Positions 42,673 to 55,393 of a stretch of DNA of 64,000 nt are shown one piece after another. Origin of the DNA: Eledone cirrhosa (taxonomy: Eukaryota); NCBI GenBank assembly GCA_964016885.1, contig OZ024742.1, positions 156,240,001 through 156,304,000 of the forward strand, in the 5' to 3' direction. Position numbers and translations under genes: made by a program. The notes beneath the pieces are model-generated. The model saw nothing but the letters and a program-made list of their open reading frames with translations. It did no database searches and was not told the DNA's origin. Numbering within the stretch: position 1 is the stretch's first letter; every line of letters starts with the position of its first letter.

Positions 42673-43661
42673 ATTTGAAAAATTTATATAAAAAAGATGT
42701 TAGGACATTCTTTTCAATTTGTTGAAACATATTCATAAAACTGTACATCCATACAAATTTAGTTTAACATCTTGTCATCCCTGGATGCGAGAAATACGTT
42801 GAATTAAATTGTAGCAACCATTTTTTTTCGGCAATGTATACACCCCTGCACATGTTTCAACGCATGATGATTTAATGCTGTTTCAGCAATATTTAAATAA
42901 CTTTCTCTGGAGATCAAATGAAAATATAAAATGTTTATTTGACCTTCTCCCATTTACTGGCAAATATAATATTGGGATAATAATAAAAAAAGTAATAAAC
43001 TGTCCTGGGAGAAATAGCGCATTCATATATATACGCCAGTGCAGTTTCTGCAGGCAAAAAAAAACCCGCTATCTAAATGATGATACATAATGGAAAAAAG
43101 ATTAACGAATGGGATTACGCAATTTGGAATAAAGTAAGTCGCATGTCCTTTTTGACACGCGTAAAACAATTTGGAAGGTGACTTAGACGTCAAGGAAGTA
43201 GAGATCGTGAAAAGCACTTCTGCTGAAAAAACCCCTTTTGGTTAGCCTCTATTAATTACAAAATTAACCAATTCATTGCTGGCACTACTTATATTATAAT
43301 ATACTTAAACATCGTTGCTAAGACACGATAGTGCTATTGATTAATATGTAATTGATAGTTTATAATGTGGATGCTTATAAAATAATCTATTGTTATCGGG
43401 ATGGGTTAGATTACATAATACTAGTGACTATTCAATCAGCAGTTTACTAGTTAATCGTGCACGAACAAATTAAATGCTTAGAATATTTTTTTTCATCACA
43501 CTTATTTGGGGATTTCTGAATTCATCAAGCTTAGGATTTTTCTGTGCATATGATATGATAATTACATAACTGTTTCTACTATTGGCACAAGGCCAGCAAT
43601 TACTCATTACATTGTGCGAAGGTGGTCTTCAGCCTTTACTCCATATATATATGTATCATAA

Positions 43662-44923
43662 TCTATAAAGCTCAGTGTGTGGACATGCTCCTTTGTTATA
43701 GAAATCTACGATATAGAATTTCTTCAATTGAAATATACAATTCAGTATTCGAAATAACTTCGATTGCGTCTTGGCACATCTATTGTTTTCAATTTCACCC
43801 ACAATTACGCAAAAAATAGATAGAACTCAATATTTTACGATTGTTCTCTCTCATTTAAACTGCTAAACTATTTCTACTACCATTCAAAATCTATACAACT
43901 TCATACTGTCTGCTACTTTCTCTTTCCAAGCTTGATGGTGCTACTGTCCGTTTTACTCTCTCATATCATCTGCTTTTTCCTCTATCTACAACCCAAACAT
44001 TTTGTTACTTTCTCTTTTATACTTCAAACTTACTGATTTATTTACAAACGCATACAAACAAACACTCACTTCAAATGATAAAAAAACATTTAAAGCAATT
44101 AAACAACGTGCGTCAGTTATAACCACACTAACTTTTAGTTGCTCAATTATTACATTTCCTACGAAACGACAATTATTCAAAAGCAACAGATACATTTATT
44201 CAACAACAAGCGATAAATCTTTTTCAAAACCTCTCAACGAACGTGGATTCTTACAGATTTTGAGTCGAATCGGTTTGAAATTTTGCAAATGTATAAACAT
44301 GGAACATGTGGACACACAAAACAACAACAATCTGCCTTTTATAGATAATGATAAACAATAATATCCTCTATGAGGTCACTAAACCTGCTAGAAACAGCAG
44401 TTAACTCTCCCCCATATCACACCCCTCCCTACTGTCTTAAATGTAGAAAATATATCTTCTATGAGGTCACTAAACCTGCTAGAAACAGCAGCTAACTCTC
44501 CCCCATGTCACACCACTCCTACTGTCTTAAATTTAGAAAACACATATCCTCTATGAGGTCACTAAACCTGCTAGAAACAACAGCTAACTCTCCCTCATAT
44601 CACAATCCTCCCTACTGTCTTAAATTTAGAAAACACACAGACAACCATGCAGAACAACTCCATCGCAGCTCTGTTGTTCGGCTGGCATCTTCTAAGCGCG
44701 TGTTGCGCAAGTACTGTGAAACAATAAATGTCAACACTTTTTTGCACAGAGATAATATCCATAGGCGAAACTACAATTGTCACTGCTGGCGCAGCTCCTG
44801 CTCCCAGGTCTGCAATTCATTCACCCAGTGCCTGGTAGACAAAAGTGTGCTGCCATAAAATGGGTGGTGCAAACTAACTTTGGTAACTTAATGACCTTGA
44901 GCAACGCCGGGCTTTAATGCTAG
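43662..44923 (+). mobile_element. Probable non-autonomous Helitron
   Basis: Starts A|TCtataaagctcagtgtgt and ends with a degenerate hairpin ccttgagcaacgccggg then CTAG|T; no TSD. Confidence 0.5.
44361..44632 (+). repeat. Three tandem ~90-bp units resembling a SINE 3' end
   Basis: tctatgaggtcactaaacctgctagaaaca.cag.taactctccc..cat.tcac...ctactgtcttaaat.tagaaaa x3. Confidence 0.85.
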
Positions 44924-45394
44924 TATATGATAATTAAATAACGCTATTAGATTATGCTTCGGCCACCTACGATTATAAATACAATTAAAATGCGTTCTTC
45001 TAATTGCTCATTTGCTATTTTGCCTAAATTCGTTCTACAAAACGGAAATGCCAAATTTAACGTTTGTTTTAAACAATTTGATATAATGAAATTGCATCGT
45101 TTAGACCCATAAGAAAACACAAATGCAGTTACATTCACATTACATTCATGTCAACATTGTCATCGTAAATCTGAGAGTATTTCATGACATAATTCTACAG
45201 CGAGAATAACACCAATAAATAGGAAAATATTAATATCAACCTGACTGAGTATTTAGGCAAATTGCAAAGTGTCGTCTTGTATTATCCAGTGTAATTCATT
45301 TAATTTTAAGTACACATTAATATTACTATTTTTTTTTAAGAATTTGTGAGCAGTATGAAAAAGTTACGTATTAGGAATTACATAACATATATAT

Positions 45395-45660
45395 GAAGGC
45401 CTAGTGGTTATAGTGGCATTTGGGTTGCAATGATAACATTGCGAGTTTCATTTACGGACCGAATGATGCATTGCATCTTTGAGGAAGGCGCTTGATTTCA
45501 TTTTGTTCATGATGTAGAAAGGGAAGTGGGGAGATTGGCATTCATGGGTGACGGTTGGATATGCACAAACAAACATGCCTGGAATTGTGTCTCTGGAGGG
45601 AACTTTCTAGCTGCAAATCATATGGTCAATTGTGAGAGAAGGTGGTCTTCAGCCTGTACT

Positions 45661-45662
<2 letters not shown>
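45395..45662 (+). mobile_element. Second, diverged tRNA-SINE-like element
   Basis: ggcctagtggttatagtg A-box-like head; the 3' end gaaggtggtcttcagcct.tactcc recurs at 43618-43642. Confidence 0.5.
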
Positions 45663-45757
<95 letters not shown>

Positions 45758-46339
45758 AAAACAAAAACAAGAACAAAAGCAACAATATACGCACACACAT
45801 ATACCACACACATCCCAACAACAACAGACACACAGACATAAACAACAATAACAACAACACACACACCAACAACAACAACAATAACAACATACCCAGAAAC
45901 AACAACAACAGACATGCAGACACAAACAACAATAACAACACACACAACAACAATAACACACACGGAGAAAACAACAACACACATCAACAACAGCACACAT
46001 CAACAACAACAACACACACACATTCAATGCCTCTCACCACCAACACAATATTAACAAACACACAGACACAGAAAACAAGTAATGACAGTAGCACAGAAAT
46101 CACAGAAATAAGGGAAAGTAATAGGATTAAAAAGAGAAGGGAGACTAAGGACAAAGAGAATAACCAAGACGAACACACAGACACACGAAATAGGGTAGAT
46201 AACAACAATGAGCCAGTGGAAAGAGACAGGAGTAATTGTGAGGGACATAGAAACAACCATGAGGCTGTTGGTGGAAATAGAAATAGAAAGAACACAACTA
46301 ACAATAACAATAGCACTAGTACACATAAAGCAGCAGCCT

Positions 46340-47371
46340 GGAACTCTACGTTTTATAATCCCTCCGATAAATCATTCGAACTGCAACGAGTCCACGCCAC
46401 GACTGTACCATTTAACAAACGCACGCAATTGCCGTCGCAGGTCGATGAACAAACAGAAGCACAATTTAGTATAGCTAGATCCGAACTTAGAAATATTATA
46501 GAACAGTATAGCAAGAAGCATAATAGAATGGAGGCCCAGCAACTGGGAGAAAAATCTGCAAATGGCTTGCGTAAGCTCATGCAGCGCTCACGTAATGGAG
46601 AGATAGCATGCTTTCCAACAGACAAGTCTGGCAGAATGTCGGTTGACAGCCTGCCAAACTACATCCAGGCAATGCAACCCACATCACTAACACAAGAGAG
46701 GTAACACCACAGGAGCATGAGGATAGAGAAAAAGCCCTCAATGCCCATATGGTGATGTGGACGAATATAATGCAGCCCAACAAAAGGACTGCCAACAACT
46801 TCCAGGCCTGGAACAATGACGTGCCGGCGTTGTATGGGCTTCGAAAAGAACATAAAACGGGCTGTGACCCTGTCGCGGGACCACCAACACGGCCAGTCTG
46901 TGGAGCTAACATTGCTAGTAACTACAGACTGTCCTACTTCCTCTCCCTGATCATACGCCCCATCATTGAAATGTCACCAGATGTATGTGACAGCACGGAG
47001 GACCTCCTCAGCAGAATCGGCGTGAGTAACCGATCTGGGGACCTAACAAACTGCATAATAGGCAGTATGGATGTTGTGTCCCTGTATCCATCTATTGACG
47101 TGGATTTTGCTGTGGAGAAATGCGTAGAAATGATCAGTGAGAGCAAGGTTGAGTTCCGTGGGATTGATACCAGTGAGCCGGGACTCCTACTTAAGCTTAC
47201 CTATAGTAATAATTACCTAGACACAATAACCTAAGCAACCTGTACCCTACAAGACAAGCAATAGGCAGACCACCTAACATTACCTCAATGGCCAAGAAAA
47301 CCCACACAGATAGATGGAACGGGTAGACCAGAGCCATACGGACACCCGAAAACCACGATGAACTGAGGAAA
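46340..47371 (+). pseudogene. PLE family 1 N-terminal and RT N-half, interrupted
   Basis: 1-nt deletions near 46680 and 47229 relative to copy F, and TGG>TAG near 47324. Confidence 0.85.
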
Positions 47372-48781
47372 ATGATTGCACATGCGGTAGGGGCCTGCAT
47401 AAAGCTAACCCTTAAGGAACATATGTTCAAATTTAATGGAAAAACATATGCCCAAGAGGAAGGCGCAGCCATTGGTGTTAGCATTGCAGGCGACATAGCT
47501 AACTTATTCATGGTATGGTGGGACAGTAGACTTAAACTTAAACTTAAAGAACAATTAGAAGACCCCTTAACCCTGATAATGTACTCCCGCTACGTAGATG
47601 ATATAAACATCGTAGTTAAGACACCCCCACTAGAGAACAGTCAGGAACTAGAGAAAAACACAATGGAAAGCATCCAGCAAATAGCAAACTCCATCCACCA
47701 GAGCATTAGAGTTACTATAGACTACCCAAGTAAATACCCCAACCATCGATTACCTGTACTAGACACAGAGCTCTGGTTAGATACCACTCACAACAAAAAA
47801 CAAATCCTCCATTCCCATTATGCCAAACCCATGACTTCCAAACATCTGATCCACCGAAACTCGGCCGTTTCGGACCATACCAAAATAAACATACTGATTG
47901 CGGATTTGGAACGGGTGATGAGAAATGTGTCCCGCATGTGCAACCCCGAAGAACTAGAGAGACACATACAACACTTCATTCACCGTATGCAGTTCTCTGG
48001 CTACAATCAGAGAGATAAAATCAGAGTGTATAGAGGAGCCAGAACCAAATTGGAAAAAATGGTAAATAATGACATAAATGGGACCTGCCCGTTGTATAGG
48101 AGCAAATTTTGGAATAGAATAGAAAGAACTAGGAACAAGGCTAATAGAATAAACTCATGGTATGATAGCAATAAATACCAGAGTGTAATGTTCATCGATA
48201 CAACCCTTAGAGGTGAATTAGCTTACACATTTAGAAAGGCCCTAAATAAACATAAACTCAATATTAAGATAGTAGAAAGACCAGGTACCTCCGTAGAAAC
48301 ACTTATTAGCAAGACATACCCTTTTCAAGGACCCTCATGTATAGATAAGAAATGTATAACCTGTAAAATAAGCCCCCATATTAACTGTAAAACTAGAAAT
48401 GTAGTGTATAGCATAAGATGTACTGAAGGACAATGTAGAGACAAAAATATAGTGTACATAGGTGAGACAGCTCGTAGTGTAGGGGAACGGATAAATGAAC
48501 ACTGGCGAGACCTTCAAGATAATAAAGAATCATCTGTACTCTACCTACATGCTAAGATAGAACACAAGGGTAAATTAGAGAACATAGATATAAAAATAGA
48601 ATCCACACACAGAAAAGATGCAATGTTTAGGCAAATTACAGAGGCAGTAAGCATAAAAGAATTACAACCAAAATTAAATAGAAAATATGAGTGGAACAGC
48701 AACATCACAACTTACAATTCAGGACAAAATGAAAACACACACACACATAGAACAAACAACCAACCAGTAACATGTAAATAA
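47372..48781 (+). CDS. PLE family 1 RT C-half + GIY-YIG endonuclease (469-aa open frame)
   Basis: Uninterrupted ORF containing YVDD and GIY-YIG motifs. Confidence 0.9.
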   Translation: MIAHAVGACIKLTLKEHMFKFNGKTYAQEEGAAIGVSIAGDIANLFMVWWDSRLKLKLKEQLEDPLTLIMYSRYVDDINIVVKTPPLENSQELEKNTMESIQQIANSIHQSIRVTIDYPSKYPNHRLPVLDTELWLDTTHNKKQILHSHYAKPMTSKHLIHRNSAVSDHTKINILIADLERVMRNVSRMCNPEELERHIQHFIHRMQFSGYNQRDKIRVYRGARTKLEKMVNNDINGTCPLYRSKFWNRIERTRNKANRINSWYDSNKYQSVMFIDTTLRGELAYTFRKALNKHKLNIKIVERPGTSVETLISKTYPFQGPSCIDKKCITCKISPHINCKTRNVVYSIRCTEGQCRDKNIVYIGETARSVGERINEHWRDLQDNKESSVLYLHAKIEHKGKLENIDIKIESTHRKDAMFRQITEAVSIKELQPKLNRKYEWNSNITTYNSGQNENTHTHRTNNQPVTCK

Positions 48782-48921
48782 ACAAATAAATAAATGAACA
48801 TAAACACACACAGGCACCCGGATGTGGCGCATGCGCAGACTGAGCACGCAACACACACACAGAAACAAAATGGCGTAGGACAGAACAAAGGAGAGGCACA
48901 GAAACAAAGAAAGGAATCCCC

Positions 48922-48966
48922 AGTCACTGAAGAGGTCACAAAGTGTGTGACGAAAGAACTATGACT
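48922..48966 (+). ncRNA. Minimal type I hammerhead motif
   Basis: AGTCA-CTGAAGA-G-GTCACA(aagtg)TGTGAC-GAAA-GAACTA-TGACT; predicted cleavage after CUA (48961). Confidence 0.78.
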
Positions 48967-49114
48967 ATGTATAAACAACTATCTGGTTGTGGAACCAACC
49001 AACCAGACAGAAATTTATAAATTTATAAATTTATTATAAATTTATTATAATAAATTGAAGTGAAAGCAACTGGTGCGTGTGTTTCTTATTGGCAACATGA
49101 CCCTCCCAAAGTAT

Positions 49115-49158
<44 letters not shown>

Positions 49159-49276
49159 ATATATCTAGGTATATATATATATATATATATATATAAGAGG
49201 TATATATATATATATATATATATAATATAATATATCTAGGTATATATATATATATATAAGAGGTATATATATATAT

Positions 49277-50460
49277 ATAAATGGAAAAGAATGAAACGAA
49301 ATTTCATTTCTTACTCTTAATACGGCTGATACCTAAATATAAGTAAGTATATGTACATACATATATGTGTACAGACGTACAGTAGTATGTATATATATAT
49401 ATATACATACATGCACACATATATATATATATATGTACGTATGGGATTACCGAACATTTATTGTAATGTTCGGTTTGTTTGTAAACAAACAGCCCGAATT
49501 ACGCCGTACGGTTCCCGGCAACCATAGTCACCGTAGTCACCATAGTCACCCTTTTCTTCAACATTGGTACATGAACGATATACTAGTTTCAAGCTTATTA
49601 GCTATCGTCAGCATCGTATACCTTTCTGTCAGATGATTGAACGTTTGAAAGTATATACTTTCCTTTTGCATATTAACGGCTGAGCAGACTTATTTGCATA
49701 TTGAGTTAGTTATTCAGCCGGGCGCAACGAAAACAATAAATGGAAAAGAATGAAACGAAATTTCATTTCTCACTCCTAGTACGGCTGATATTTAAATATA
49801 AATATGTATACGTACATAAATATGTGTGTACAGACGTACAGTAGTATTTATATATATACATGCATGCACACACACATATATATATATATATACATATGTA
49901 CGTATGGGTTTACCGAACATTTATTATAATGTTCGGTGTGTTTGTAAACAAACAGCCCGAATTACGCCATACAGTGCTCGCCAACCATCGTCGCCCTTTT
50001 CTTCTGCACGGGCACAGGAACGATGTACTAGTTTTAAGCTTATTAGCTATCGTCAGCATAGTATACCTTTCTGTTAGATGATTGAACGTCTGGAAGTATT
50101 TACTTTCCTTATGCATATTAATGGCTGAGCAGCATAATTTGCATATCGAGTGAGTTAGTCGGCCGGGCGCACCGACAAAAATAAATGGAAAAGAATGAAA
50201 CGAAATTTCATTTCTCACTCTTAGTACGACTGTTACCTAAATATAAGTATGTATACGTACATACATATATGTGTACAGACTACAGTAGTATGTATATATA
50301 TACATACATGCACACACATATGGGTTTACCGAACATTTATTATAATGTTCGGTTTGTTTGTAAACAAACAGCCCGAATTACGCCGTACAGTGCTCGGCAA
50401 CAATCGTCGGTCTTTTGTTCAACACTGACACAGGAACGATGTACTAGTTTCAAGCTTATT
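49277..50460. repeat. Tandem array of a ~450-bp unit (about 2.6 copies)
   Basis: ataaatggaaaagaatgaaacgaaatttcatttc begins at 49277, 49736 and 50181. Confidence 0.9.
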
Positions 50461-50736
50461 AAGGCACCTGTCTTAGCCCTCAGGAAATGAGGATCCATAA
50501 TATCCTGTTATATCGCTCAAATTTTCAAGTTTTTTGTATTATAAATTTTATAAAAAAAAAATAAAATGGTTATAAATGGAAGAAAACCCCCTCTGTCTAC
50601 ACTATATAGAACAGCCAAATAACAGCAATTTCACCACCACCAAAACCTAGATAAACCACCTATCCCACCACCTTTCTGTGTACACTAAATACAGCAGCCA
50701 GATAACGGCAATTTCACCACCAACAATCCCAAAATA

Positions 50737-50882
50737 ATAATAATTGTTTCTACTTTTGGCACAAGGCCAGCAATAAGGATGAAAGGCAAAGTTGACCTCG
50801 GTGGGATTTGAACTCAGACCGTAAAGGGACGTAACTATATGCTTCAAAGCATGGTGTCCGACTGTCTAACGATACTGCCAAT
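50737..50882 (-). mobile_element. SINE family A, internally deleted
   Basis: ttgtttctacttttggcacaaggccagcaat|aaggatgaaaggcaaag...gatactgccaat. Confidence 0.78.
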
Positions 50883-51389
50883 TACTATTATTGTATCTCA
50901 AGTTTTCTCAAAATGTTTAATTCAAATATTAAGGAAATATGTCAACATATATATAAAACATAGGCGACAAACCGCATATATATACAGATCAAACAAACGC
51001 ACACTAGCTAAAGTCTATTCAACAGAACTCAGTAATGACAACGCCATTACTACAGTCACCGCCGCCGCCACTCCATCATTGCTACCCCACTACCTTCTGT
51101 TAACTTAAGAAAGATGAAGGTGGCGGTATCACTAGATAAGAGAGAGGCTAGCAAAATATATAAATAGACTGATTTAGTGTCCCGGTCAAACGTCAACGAC
51201 TATTGCACTGCTGGTTCCCCCTTTCCCCACCAACAATAGGAAAAGCCCCAGCACCACCACCGTCATAGCACACAACAACAACAGGCAACTTCCACAAAAA
51301 GTATATTATATTATTAATAATAATTTCATTTTAAGCCACGCAATGCTCACATTAAGGAACGACTCATGATAATAACAATAAAAAAAAAG

Positions 51390-54300
51390 AAAACCCCGTG
51401 ACCAAGAAATACCATGATGGCGGCCGGCGGGGAATGGCCATGTCTCTAGGGGAGGACGACCCCTCTAGTCTTGGTTGACACTCGTCCTAGGAGTGGTAAC
51501 ACGAAATGATTACCCCTTGGCGGTTAAGGATAAAACGCCACAAAATAAAGTCAATGACAAATGATAAAATCTCATGCCAGATCGGCCGTCATCCGGGTCA
51601 AAAAGGGCCTCGTTCATCAGAGAGGAATCAGACTGGGGTCGAAAAATCAGCTAATGATTCAAATCATCCCATCAATTCGGAGCTGGAGACCTCCCACATA
51701 CCGGAATACTCCTACTGTTGGCCTCCATGCTCACAACCAAGAAATCCAAAGAAAAAGAGAGAAAAATGGTCAAGGGAAGACAATAAAGAAGTCATTGAGG
51801 CTTTCTACACTACCATGTACTACCCATCAAATAGATCGAATACAGAACACACATACAAGAACTGTAAAAAGAAACATCGCGAAAACAGAGGCTATATTGA
51901 CAGTAACAAACTAGCCAATATACCAAGAAATATTGTTAAAAAGAAAGTTACTAACTGATATAGAAATTGATCAGATCAAGCAATTTGCACAAGCGAAGTC
52001 AGGGAAAATTAAGCAATTAGAAAGCAATTAGCACGAAGTCAGGGAAAATGAAACATGTGTCAGTGAAAACGAGGTAAAGTGTAACACTTCGAATCCCAGA
52101 GTCGGAGCGGAATTACTGACAGCAGAACAAATTAATGAAAGGATCGAAAAAGTGTATTGAGTGCATGCTCAAGATGAAACTCCAAATGAAAACAATGAGA
52201 TCGTCAATGATAAAGAAATGAATAAGAATTAACTCACCAACTTGAAGAATGAAATTATGATCGAATGGATGAAAATGAAAGAATCTGACATGGGGGAACG
52301 AGACACCCTCCCTAAGATCCAGAACTCCAAACAGAACCAAAAGATAATACAGAAGACTAACATACTTCTCAAAAACATTATCATCACAAAAAAACTAAAC
52401 ATTACTGAGCTAAATCATCTTTATTATGCATCGGATAATGTCACCACTCACTTATGTGGAGTGAACATGAAAAAAAAAACAAAGGAATTCCCTCAAGAAA
52501 CCTACTTGGCTAGAGAACATCAATGGCCAAATAAACCTTCTCCGATCTGATATAGAAATGTTAACAATCTACAAAGTAGAGGAACAAGTTAAACAAACTA
52601 TACTTAGAAAATTGAAAAGAAAATACAGTATAAAATCAACAAGTGACATAGACATACCGATAGAAATAATCAGGCAAAAAGTGTCTGCCAAAGCTGCTCG
52701 TATAAGGCGCTTTGAAAAACGATCTAGATTCTATAAGGACAATAATATGTTCAAAAACAACCAAACAAACTTCTACAGAAAAATTGGTAAGTCAACAATA
52801 ACTGCTCAATCAATACCACCCAAGGAGGAAGTGCAAGAATTCTGGGAAAAGATCTGGGCCGAAGAAAAAGTTCATAACATACATGCGCCATGGATAGACA
52901 GACAAATGAGAGATACAGTTTACCTTGAGGAACAAATATGGGAAAATATAACAGTTGAACAGTTGCGCTTGGCTCTAAGAAAAACCAGCAAATGGAAATC
53001 CCCAGGAAAAGACAAAATACAAAACTTTTGGATAAATGCCTTCACAGAGTCTCATGAGCTGTTAGCCCAACTTTAAATTGGAATAGTTAAGAAGCCAGAA
53101 AAGATACCATCATGGCTAGTTAACGGCATTACATTCCTGCTTCCGAAGAATGATGAGACAAACAATCCCAAAAATTACAGACCGATAACTTGCTTGACCA
53201 CGATGTATAAAATTTTAACATCAGTCCTAACTGAATACACATATGACCACATGATAACAAATGACCTATTTCCCATTGAGCAGAAAGGGTGTAAACGAGG
53301 CTCATATTGCTGTAAGGATCAGCTTCTGGTTAACAAAATGATACTGGAAGATTGTCATAATAGACACAAAAATCTATCGATTGCTTGGATATATTATAAA
53401 AAAGCATTCGATAGTTTGCCACACAGTTGGATTGAAACATGTTTAGAGATTTTCAAAATATCCCCCGTTGTCAGGAGGTTTTTGTCATTCAGTATGAAGA
53501 CATGGAAAACGACACTCCTTTTGAATAGTGAAACAAAATCACTGGAAGCTGGAGAAGTTAATATTAATTGTGGAATTTTGCAGGGTGACTCTTTATCACC
53601 GCTTTTATTCTGCATCGCACTTATACCATTAAGTAAAATGCTCAATGAAACAAAACATGGATATAAAGTCTATGACAAAACCATTAATCACCTGTTCTAC
53701 ATGGATGACCTGAAACTATTTGCAAAAAATGATGTACAATTGCAAGGGCTATTATCCACTGTGGAGCAGTTCAGTGATGACATTAAAATGGAGTTTGGAC
53801 TAGATAATTGCGCCAAAGCAACGTTCACCAGAGGAAAGCTGCTGAAGAGTTCAGACATTAATCTTGATCGGGGGAACGTGATAAGAGAACTTGATCAAGA
53901 AAAAACTTACAAATATCTAGGTGTTTGTGAAGGAGACGGAATCAAGCACTCGACAATGAGGGAAAGGATAAGGAAGGAATGTTACCACAGAGTAAGAGCA
54001 ATCTTAAGAACGGAATTGAATGCAAGGAATAGGATCGATGCCATAAACACGCTTGCCATACCAGTAGTAACCTACAGTTACAATGTCTTCAACTGGTCAA
54101 GCACAGAGATCCGCAGGCTCGATACAAAAATTCGAAAATTCTTAACCATGCAGAGAATGCATCACCCTAAGGCAGATATAGATATATTATATCTCCCTAG
54201 GAAAGAAAGGAGGACGTGGGTTAATCCAGTTAGACATTGCGTTGAAAACTGCAACAGTTGGATTATCTACTTATCTAAGGGAATCACATGATTGGATGAT

Positions 54301-55393
54301 CAAACTCGTTTTGAAACACGAAAGCATCAGAAGATCATATTCCATTACAAAAGATGCACAAAGATAGAGTAATGGACTACAAATTTCAGAAGTCCCATTT
54401 ACTGCTGAAATGGAAAACACAGAAAAAGCAAAGCAGGTAAAAGTAACTGCAAAGAAAGAACTGCTACAGAAACTGGCTAAGAAATGGCAAGAAAAGCCTC
54501 TGTATGGAAAATACCCAGAGCGAGCTAACAATCCTGATGTTGACAAAACATTAACCCATCAGTGGATGGTATCCTCTGGACTGAAATCGGAGACTGAAGG
54601 ACTGATTATATCAGCACAAGATTAGTGTCTGCCAACAAAAAATTACCAAGCCAACATAATAAAAAATGGATGCAGCCCATTATGCCGTGTATGCAAAAAA
54701 CAACCAGAGACCATTGACCATATCATTTCAATGTGCAGTCCTATAGTTCCAACCGAATACCTAAACAGTCATGACAGAGCTGCACAATACATACATTCGA
54801 TAATGTGTAAGCATTTTGACCTGCCCCATCAAAAGAATTGGTGGGGGCATCAACCACCTCCCATACTTAAAAACAGATCACATCTCAATCTTGTGGAACT
54901 TTAGCATCCAAACAGAGCGAAAGATAGATGCAAATAGACCTGACATAATATTGAAGGTTATCAAAGGAGGGTATGCCTGCTAATTGATATGTCTGTTCCA
55001 ATAGACAAGAATGTATCTATAAACACATTTGAAAAATTGAGCAAGTATAACGACCTGGAGATAGAAATTGGAAAAATGTGGAAATTGAGAACTAAAACAA
55101 TACCAGTGGTTGTAGGCGCTCTGGGAATGATACCTAAGGGGTCTAATGATTACTTATCGCAAATCCCAGGAAACCCGCGTATAGGAGAAATACAAAAGAT
55201 AGTACTAATGGGAACTGCCCATATACTAAGGAAGATTTTGTCAACATAAGTACATTACAAGTCTAAACACTAAAGATGCATGTGTGAGTATGTATGTTCT
55301 TTCTTGAACATGGCGGACCTTGTTGTCTCTTGAGGTCACTGGTTGTGACTTGGTGATAACTCGTATGAACATAAAGCAAGATAAATGCAACTG
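51390..55393 (+). mobile_element. Near-full-length decayed R4/Dong-clade non-LTR retrotransposon (RT + CCHC + restriction-like endonuclease)
   Basis: WKSPGKD, YRPITCL, EQKG, KKAFDS, QGDSLSP, YMDDLK, YKYLG, HPKAD, ETEGLIISAQD, CRVC..ETIDH..C, NRPDII, IDMSVP.D, EKLSKY, IPVVVGALG. TAA-rich flanks; several stops and frameshifts. Confidence 0.92.
53194..54291 (+). pseudogene. R4/Dong reverse transcriptase core
   Basis: ORF segment with QGDSLSP and YMDD; frameshift near 54207. Confidence 0.88.

Larger units (their letters stand above)
45756..49120 (+). mobile_element. PLE family 1 copy D, longest (~3.4 kb)
   Basis: PTDKSGR, VPALYGLRKEHK, PPTRPVCGA, GSMDVVSLYPSI, QEEGAAIG, YSRYVDD, CX4CX2C linker (CIDKKCITC), VVYSIRC..YIGETAR, then a pLTR with hammerhead; (TA)n on both sides. 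Confidence 0.95.

Noticed and set aside
42383-42748. Poly-Ser and poly-Glu ORFs
   Set aside because: (GAA)n tail of an RTE-like fragment.
44361-44632. Regularly spaced repeats as a CRISPR-like array
   Set aside because: Whole units repeat with no unique spacers, and the context is eukaryotic.
46340-48781. Possible selenocysteine or programmed frameshift in the PLE ORF
   Set aside because: The interruptions are a TAG and 1-nt deletions not shared by copies B and F, so they are ordinary decay. The endonuclease is C-terminal, unlike Naiad.
49625-49665. cagatga...gaaagtatatactttc hammerhead look-alike in the tandem unit
   Set aside because: Core deviates, helix I cannot form, and the second unit lacks GAAA.
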